This document shows positions 55,333-64,000 of a DNA stretch of 64,000 nucleotides, piece after piece. The translations under genes were made by a program, and so were the position numbers. This DNA comes from the human T2T-CHM13v2.0 reference genome, Homo sapiens. The stretch is taken from NCBI RefSeq assembly GCF_009914755.1, contig NC_060933.1; one strand, given 5' to 3'. The notes under the pieces are model-generated. The model had not been told where the DNA came from. It did not search any database and saw only the letters and a list, made by a program, of their open reading frames with translations. How positions within the stretch are numbered: position 1 is the first letter of the stretch; every line of letters starts with the position of its first letter.

Positions 55333-56685
55333 GGGAGAAAGGAATATATTTTCCAGGTGAGAAGCTGGAAAGTTCTGAACCACGGCGGTAGTGGGGCTAG
55401 AAAGCTAAGATGCCATAGGTTTACAAAACATCTCAATGTGGAATTCGGACCCTGTTCACACGGCTCTATCTACACTAAGATACTCCCTCAGCAGCTTCCT
55501 TCCTTACCTCCACCTCAAGTATTCTAGCCAATCACATTTGGGAAACTTATTCTTCCCCTAAACAGAGGCCTATACTCGATTTAATTGTAAACAATTTGAT
55601 TCTATTTCTTTTACTGGATTCCTCTGCTGTGCACACTGTAAACTTTCATTTCTGACCTATTGTCTGCTTTGAAGGAACGAGAGGGATGCCACATTGATGC
55701 TCAGTGTCAACGTATGAATGCAGGTTTCTAGCTACGTCATTTTCCACTCTGTTGTTCCCCTTAACTTGGGAAATAGGAGTGATGTGGGGAACAGAGAATA
55801 GGCTGTAGTGTCGGTAAGCCCTACATGTGAATCTTGGCTTTACTATTATTCATACATAAGACATGTTTGTCAACTTTTCCTACCCTAGGAATCATCATCT
55901 ATCAGAATTAAAATAGATAATGTGTGTCTGGTATACAGTAAAAGGCAACTAATATTCACTTTCTGTCCCATGATTACCATCAATATCTGGAGCTATTTGC
56001 AGTTCTGCCAGGTTTTTTCCCCTCAAAGTTATTATTTGGAATCAGTCCAGTGATCCTATAACTTACTGCTGCCCACACTTCCAACTCAGTAATAGCTTTG
56101 TAAAATTGATTCACTACATCCATATGAAATGTTACAAATATTGCAAAAAAAAAAAAAAAAGGGAGCAAATTACACAAGGCTAATATACCAAAGAAATTGG
56201 ATGTATTTTAGGAGTGATTACACAGATTTCATATTTACATTATAAATCAAATAAATCAATAATTTTAGAGCACATTCTAATTAAAATTATAACTTTATAT
56301 TAGTGCCTTTGTTCTATTTTGTAACTGTCAAGAAAAGACCATAATAAATGCCATCATAAATCATAAGAAAAGTTGAAAACGTCTAATCAGTTTTATCATT
56401 TCTGTCAATTGTATACTACATTTTTATCATTTTTAAGTGTATATTTTATATCCAAAATGCTTTCAAAATAGGGTTTGTTCATGGTGTCAGATGATAATAT
56501 ATGTAACATGATTTTGACTGTGTTTTCTTTAAGAATATGGAAAATATATGAGTGAATTTGTTTCTGTTACTTTTTATTTGAATGTAAAGTGAAGGCTCAT
56601 GGATCTAATTGTCATTTAAATATCTTATTAAATACATCTTGAAGTTAGAAAATACACATTTCAAAAGAGAAAAAAACTCAGTAGT

Positions 56686-57050
56686 TCTGATGGTTAATTT
56701 TATGTGCCAATTTAAATGGGCTAAGGAATGCCCAGATAGCTCAGAAAACATCATTTCTGGGTGTGTCTGTGTTTCTGGAAAAGATTAGAATTTGAACTGG
56801 TAGACTGGTGAAAAAAAGAACACCCTCACTAATGTGGGTGGACATCATCCAGTTTGATCCCTTCCCCCTCACTCTGATTCTCAGGCCTTCAAAATAAAAT
56901 TATACCACAGGTTTTCTTGGTTTTTAGCTTGCAAATGGCAGATTGTAGAACTTCTAGGACTCTATAATCTTGTGAGCCAATTCTTATTACACACACACAC
57001 GTGCACACACACATACCAGTTCTGTTTCTCTGGAAAAGCTTGACAATACA
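56686..57050 (+). mobile_element. MLT2C/D (ERV-L) solo LTR, internally deleted
   Basis: tgatggttaattttatgtgccaa...gcccagatagc...ttctgtttctctggaaaagcttgacaataca. Confidence 0.88.
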
Positions 57051-57802
57051 ATGATTTAATGCCAAAAGAACAAAAGAGTTTTTGAGAGTTGAGCTAATAA
57101 ATTTTTTCCATCTTCTCTAAGATTCTTAAAGGTCATCTAATATACTTTAAACTAGCATAAGACTTTTATGACTGAAAAAGTACTCAACCTTTTAATTTTC
57201 TAAAAGGGTGAGCCTTGTTCAGGTGATGCAGCTAATTGATGAATAATAGCATATGTAGACAGAGATAGAGCTATCAATACAAGAATATCATTTCTATTTA
57301 TATAAAATGGCTGTACCAATCTGAGGGAGAAGCAATAGGCCCATCTAACAAAAAAATCCTTGGTTCCTGATGCATGCAAGCTTGAGTTAACCTTTCTGTG
57401 CTTAAAGTCAAACTCTTCCTCATTCTGACCTCATTCTTAATGTACTTCAGAAGTGCTTTCCAAATCTTTCCCCTTCCCAAGCTTTCCCCAAGGTGGAAGT
57501 AATTGGGATGCTCTGCGCTTAATTATTGGAGAATCATTTCCTTGTTGGGTTTTTGTTTTTCTATAATGCAGTTTGCACAATGCTGCCCTGGCTGAGCCCT
57601 TCCAGCTATCTGACTGCATTCTCCTGGACAGAGTCGTAGCTGCCCTCACTGTTGTGTTTAAAATTCGGCAAATATTTTACTATTTGGTTTGTTTTCTCTC
57701 ATTTTTATATTTGCTTTTTTTTCTCTCTCTCTCTCCCAGGCTCTGTCTCATGTGCATAGGTTTTTCTGATTAATTACTTTAATTCATGTTAACCTTGGTG
57801 CC

Positions 57803-58163
57803 TGTATTAATCTATTTTCACGCTGTTGATAAAGACATACCTGAGACTGGGCAATTTACAAAAGAAAGATATTTAATGGACTCACAGTTCCACATGGCTG
57901 GGGAGGCCTCACAATCACGGCAGAAGGTGAGAGACACAACTCACACGACGGCAGACAAGAGGAGGATGACATTGAGGCGAAAGGCGTTTCCCCTTATAAA
58001 ACCATCAGATCTCACGAGACTTATTCACTATCACGAGAACAGTATGGAGGAAATCGCCCCATGATTCAATTATCTCTCACCAGGTCCCTCCCACAACACG
58101 TGGGAACTATGAGAGCCACAATTCAAGATGAGATTTAGGTGGGGAAACAGCCAAATCACATCA
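57803..58163 (-). mobile_element. THE1B-like MaLR solo LTR
   Basis: gataaagacatacctgagactgggcaatttacaaaagaaag...cagccaaatcacatca; perfect 5-bp TSD gtgcc 57798-57802 / 58164-58168. Confidence 0.96.
58062..58072 (-). promoter_or_regulatory. DUX4-type double-homeodomain motif TAATTGAATCA within THE1
   Basis: tgattcaatta on +; matches TAAYYBAATCA; occupancy not demonstrable from sequence. Confidence 0.5.
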
Positions 58164-58367
58164 GTGCCTTTCCTCCTCCTACATAATAGGTTTCTCCCCT
58201 AAGCGGTATGTCTCCCTCCCTCAATAGCATAATAAATTGTTAGTTATTTTCAAACTCTTCGCTCAAATATTTAATTTGTGCTCCCACCAACAGTTTTTGA
58301 TAGTACGTGTTTTCCTATATTCTGCTAGAACTACATATTTTCAACCTTTTAAAAATTGTAACAATCT

Positions 58368-58693
<326 letters not shown>

Positions 58694-61204
58694 AAAAATT
58701 CTAACAATCTGATATGTTAAAAAATAGTATTTCATTGTTTGTTTGACTATAAACAAACTACACTTTAACTTGGATATAATTACTGGGAAGATTTATGTTT
58801 TCCACACCTTTTTTATGTATATTGGTTATTTTTACTTTTCTCAAAATTGTTTCCCATTCTCTGCCCTTTTTTCTATTAAATAGTTTATATTTCTTTTCCT
58901 ACAAATGTTTATGAGCTTGTCATAAATAAATATTGGAAATTAAGCCTTTGTAACTTTAAGAAAAATAATGTCTCTGTGACAAATTTTGGTTAGGTTGTGT
59001 CCTAGAATGGAGGGTGCCATTTTAAAATGTAGGCTTTTTTTATAAAATAGTTATTTCTTCCTCATCCAGATTTTGAAGAAAAAAATTAAAAAGTTTTTTT
59101 TTTCTAATATATTGTTACGATTCTTTTTGTCTATGGTTTTTAGAGTATTTTCTTTTTAACTTCAGGGACTTTAAAAATCCTTACAATGGTTTGTCATTGT
59201 CTCCATTATTATTATCTTTGTTTCTAATACCTGTTGTGCCTTATTCTTTATGTTTTTCCTCCCGGAATTCCATGCAGCTATCTCCAGACTTGTCTTTATG
59301 AGTAATTTAATGTTCAAATATTGCCACTCTATTCCATGCTCTTTATAATTTTTTCATCTTGTGTGTGTTGTTTTGTTCACTGTCTTCTTCATTTTCTCAT
59401 CTTCATTTACATTTTATTCCACTCATACACACACAATCTCTCTCTCTTGCATGTGCACATACATAAATAGCTTAAAAGTTTCTATTTTATTTAATTTATG
59501 TCCTCATTAAGTTTAATAACATAAAGTAGCTTCAAGGGATTTCCTTTTTTATTAGATTGTTTTGTTGCGATTTCGTTTTGCTTTAAGCCTGGAGCTAATA
59601 TCTTTTGGAGTTGGCCATTCTTCTGTCTTTGGCTTACATTGCATCTTTTTAAGGTGAGATTTCGCTATAGTACATTCAAGAAGCTTTAATGGACTTTCTG
59701 TTTTTTTTTTTCCTTTGCCAATTCTAATACAACTTTACCAGTGATGTTCAAAAATCGTGTCTCAAATAGTTAATTGCAAGTCAGTACAATGATAACATGA
59801 AAATATACTTATGATGTTTATGTTTGCTATCAGCTCATGAAAATAAAATACAAAATAAAAATATTCATTCCTGACACCAATATCAAAAGCTGACATGCAT
59901 TTTAGTTCAATCTTTGTATTCATTTAGGACCCTTGATATAGTTCAATTTTAACCCAGAGAACAGTAGGGGGAATATCTATATTAATGCTGTTATTTATAA
60001 AATATGTTGATTCCAGTCTGCAAAACTAAAATTTTTATTGAGGCTTACAGAGAGCATACGGACAATCAGTTTGGTCATTAATCATGGACTATTTTTTCTC
60101 TCACCTCAGCATCATTGTGATAAGCTGCCAAGACTGCATATTTCTTAGTGTATACTTTACATTCATGAATCACAGGGGATCAGGAGGTAGGGGGAGTAAA
60201 TTTTAAGTGAACTGATACTTAAAGAACATAGCTGATCTCCTTTGGAAACTAATTTATTTTATTTCATAGAGCAATGCAGTAAGTATTTTATCTTTCTGGT
60301 TAAATAGTGGTACTTATTTTACCAAGCAGTCCTTTGGTCATGGTTAGATATTTAGGCAAATTTTTAAACTATTTCAGAAGGTATAATTTTTTTTCCCACT
60401 TACTATGACTAACAGTTCAAAATGTTCTGAAATAATGATTACTGTGTCTATTGGTTTTAATAATCATTAATAATATTTTGGCCATTTAACAATTGAGCCA
60501 GTTCCAGGCTGAGTTGAAAAATAAGAAATTGTGTCCTCATTCATTTGATTGCTGGCTATTCTTGCTCTAATTATAAAAAAAATTTAAAGTCCTAGCCTAA
60601 CTCTGAGGGTAGAAATTATTGTTTTCAATAATTGAGATCATTCTCATTGTAAAACTGAGATCTCAGGCAAATGTGGACATGGTACTGGTACCTATAGCAG
60701 CCACAGCTCTTAAAGAATTTTTAGTTGTAACAATTGAGCACATCAGTTTATCAACCACAAGGACTCAAATTTGGTCCTAGGACTAAAGCCAAACCCTTGT
60801 CTGGCCCTTTTCTGATTTCTGATTTCTCACTATAACTATAGTAACAAAGCTCAGTGTTGAAAGAAAATTCGGTCTGAAGCTCAACTCCTCAAAATCTCAG
60901 TCGAGATCACGCCCAAAGCAACATTTTATTCTTGCCTTAATTTGGAGTTAATTTTTTTTCTGTCAAGCACAAAAAGAAAAACACTAAATATGATTAATCT
61001 AAAGAACCACATATTGTTCAATTTATAAAATGTTTACTTTTTTTATAGCTAAACAGAAAGCGAGTTCTAATTTTGACCATTTTTTCCTAATTCTATTGTC
61101 CTTTTTTAACTTAAAAAAACTTTCAAGTCATTTTATTTCAGTTATTCTTGTCTCTCCACCTAGGTGATAAGATCCTCAAGGATGAATACAACTTCAAATA
61201 CCTT

Positions 61205-61310
61205 TGTTTTCAGTGAGGTGAAATTCACATAAAATACAGTTATCCATTTTAAGTGTACAATTCAGTAGCATTTAGTACATTCACAGGGTTGTGCACCCAT
61301 CACCTCTATA
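61205..61310 (-). mobile_element. L1MB 3' tip
   Basis: gaggtgaaattcacataa...ttttaagtgtacaattcagtagcatttagtacattcaca. Confidence 0.85.
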
Positions 61311-61351
61311 TTATGCTAGTGTCAGCTCTTGCTATGAATTTGAATAGGACT

Positions 61352-61433
61352 AAAGGGTAATTCTAAAAACTAATTGCAGTTTTTGGTATTAAAAGTAGTG
61401 ACAAAAACTGCAATGGCTTTTGCACCAACCTAT
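61352..61433. mobile_element. MADE1 (Hsmar1-derived MITE)
   Basis: taattgcagtttttgg...caaaaactgcaatggcttttgcaccaaccta inverted repeats; left TIR decayed. Confidence 0.9.
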
Positions 61434-61958
61434 TAACACCCACTCCCGCTCTGACCCTGGAATCTCTGCTGGTCTTTCTCTCATCTCATGCCTTGGCTTT
61501 AGTCTTGATAGGGCAGTGTCTAGGCATGGGCTCAGCCTTTGGCTTGGCCATGACCTCAGGCTCTATTTTCTAGTCAGAACCATTACCTGGGTTTGGGTCT
61601 TTTTTTTTCCTTTTTTTCTTTTTTTGACTGCTGCTTAAACTTCAATATCCAAGCCTTAGCATCAGTTTGGGACATCAACTTTCTGGCAAACATCTTCGTT
61701 TCAGCCAATGGCTAAGTCTGGCATTGGCCTGCCCAGACTTCCATCTGAGTCATTGCCTCTGTCTTGACTGAGCCTCTGCCATTGAGTGTCTGCTTTTATT
61801 ATCATTATCCATTGGTATCAATTTGATACATGTTTTTGTCTATTATATCCCTTTTCTTTTCATAAAAGGTAGAAACTTACATTGATCTATATTCATTTAC
61901 ACTTCACACAAAATTTTATTTGAAAGAAATATATTACTATGCTTGAAAGTTTAGCTAA

Positions 61959-62276
<318 letters not shown>

Positions 62277-62789
62277 GAAAGTTTAGCTAAATTACCCCAG
62301 CACAATTCGCTGCAACAAAAATATCTATACAAATTGAATATTTTATTTTCTCTGCCAATATAGCTCTAATAGTTAAAATATTCTGGAATGAGTTATCATT
62401 CCAACAAGTAAATTAATATATTGTAAGTTTCAATAATTGTTAAATATAAAAATACATCTTTTGATGTAATGTTAATAGGGCTTTCCCTCATTATTTTATG
62501 TTTCTATGGAAGAATACTATATATTGCTTGAATAAGACAGGGTTTATTGTTTTCATTTCTGTTTTTCTATTTTTTCCATATAACATAACAATTTATTTAT
62601 CCTACAAATACGTAGATGGGAATGGAAGTTTTATAACAAGTTCAGATCATTCTTTTAAATTCTTCAATTCTTCAAAATTCTATGACAAAAATCTCATTAA
62701 AATGTCATCAAAAAATTTAATAAGAAGTTGATTAAGTTATCCTTTTATTTTTGATGAGACAAAGAATTGGAACCAAGATGAATTACAAA

Positions 62790-64000
62790 AGGGTCTTTTG
62801 CATGAGGATGTTCAATTGTTTCAGCATCATTTACTGAAAAGACTATTCTTTCCCCCATTATGTGGCTTTGGTGCTCATTAAAAATCAGTTGACCATAGGT
62901 GTGTGGCTTTATCCTTGAACTTTCAGTTCTATTAAATTGTTGCCTCTGTCTAGCCTGTGGCATTACTAAACTTTTTTTTTCTCATTCAACATGATGTTAC
63001 CTGTGGATTTGTCATACACGGTCATTATTGTATTGAAGAACATACCTTCTATGCCTAATTTGTTGAGATTTTATCATGAAGGTATGCTTAATTTTGACAA
63101 ATGTCTTTTCTGTGTCTATTGAAATGGGTTAGATGGTTATTGTTCTTGTGTTAATGTGATGTATCATGTTTCTTGATTTGTGTCTGCTAAACCATCCTGT
63201 ATCCCTAAGATACATCCCATTTAATCATAGTAAATCATCTTTTTGCACATTTGTCAATGTGCTGTTGAATTCAGTCTTCTAATATTTTGTTGAGCATTTT
63301 TGCATCTATGTTCATTAGAAATATTGTACTGTAGTTTTCCTTTTTTGTTGTGTTCTTGTCTGGTTTTGGAATCAGGGTAATGCCGGGCTTGTAAAATGCG
63401 TTTCAATTTTTTGGTATACTTCAAGCCTCTTCAGTTTCTTGTTATACTTTGAGGAAAATTGATATTAGTTCTTCTTAAAATGTTTGGCAGAATTTGTCAG
63501 TGAAGCCATCAGGTTCTGGGCTTTTCTTTCATGGAAGACCTTTATTACTTATTCAATTTATTTGCTCCTTATTGGTATGTTTGGATTTTTTATTTCCTCA
63601 TAGTTTAATTTTGGTAGGTTTTATATGTCCAGGATAATATATATTTCTTCTGTATTATCAGATTTGTTGGTGTATGGTTGTTCATGCTATCTCTTTGTTC
63701 AAACTGATCTTTTGTGTTTTTGTGGTATGTTGTAATGTCTCTTTTTTATCTCTGGTTTTATTTGTTTCAGTCTTCTCTTTTCGTAGTCTAGCTAAAGGTT
63801 TGTCGATTTTGTTTAACTTTTCAAAGAAACAACTTTTCATTTTGTTGAACCTTTGACTTGCTTTTTTTACTTTCTATTTCATTTCTGTTTTGAAATGGTG
63901 GCTGCCACTAGGCTGGCTGTTAAGTTGAGCTCAGGTGCATGTGGTCGCAGCAGGACCAGGCAGCTCTGCATTGGTCTGCCCAGAGAGACAGGGACACCAC
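62790..64000 (-). mobile_element. Old L1 (L1M/L1PB) ORF2 fragments, with a probable 5'UTR piece at the window end
   Basis: cagcatcatttactgaaaagact; ttttgcatctatgttcat; cagtgaagccatcagg; gtctagctaaaggtttgtcgattttg. Confidence 0.85.

Noticed and set aside
57894-57906. PRDM9 hotspot motif position in THE1B
   Set aside because: Reads CCTCCCCAGCCAT on -, the non-hotspot form rather than CCTCCCTAGCCAC

Overview
AT-rich, CpG-poor primate genomic DNA (AluY, L1PA, THE1B and MLT2A are present, so human or a close relative). It is intergenic or deep intronic. I see no supportable protein-coding exon, RNA gene or CpG island. The ORFs I can assign come from Alu, L1 or LTR sequence, and the rest look like chance ORFs. 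The window is mostly layered transposon fossils: 6 Alus, 4 L1PA insertions, several old L1M/L2/MIR fragments, many ERVL/MaLR LTRs (including four MLT2), two ERV-L internal remnants and DNA transposons (MER5, MER58A, Tigger3, MADE1). The most unusual directly visible structure is a ~110-bp copy of unique sequence from 22539-22646 inserted into the (TA)n tract of an MLT2A LTR at 20189-20299, which looks like a local templated insertion. Also notable: a twin-primed L1PA whose inverted part forms a ~600-bp inverted repeat with a neighbouring L1, an old L1M with only its ORF1 segment inverted, and a CpG-retaining THE1B with an intact DUX4-type site. I find no evidence for a wholly new biological system. 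Repeat subfamily calls come from recalled consensus motifs, and boundaries of old elements are approximate.
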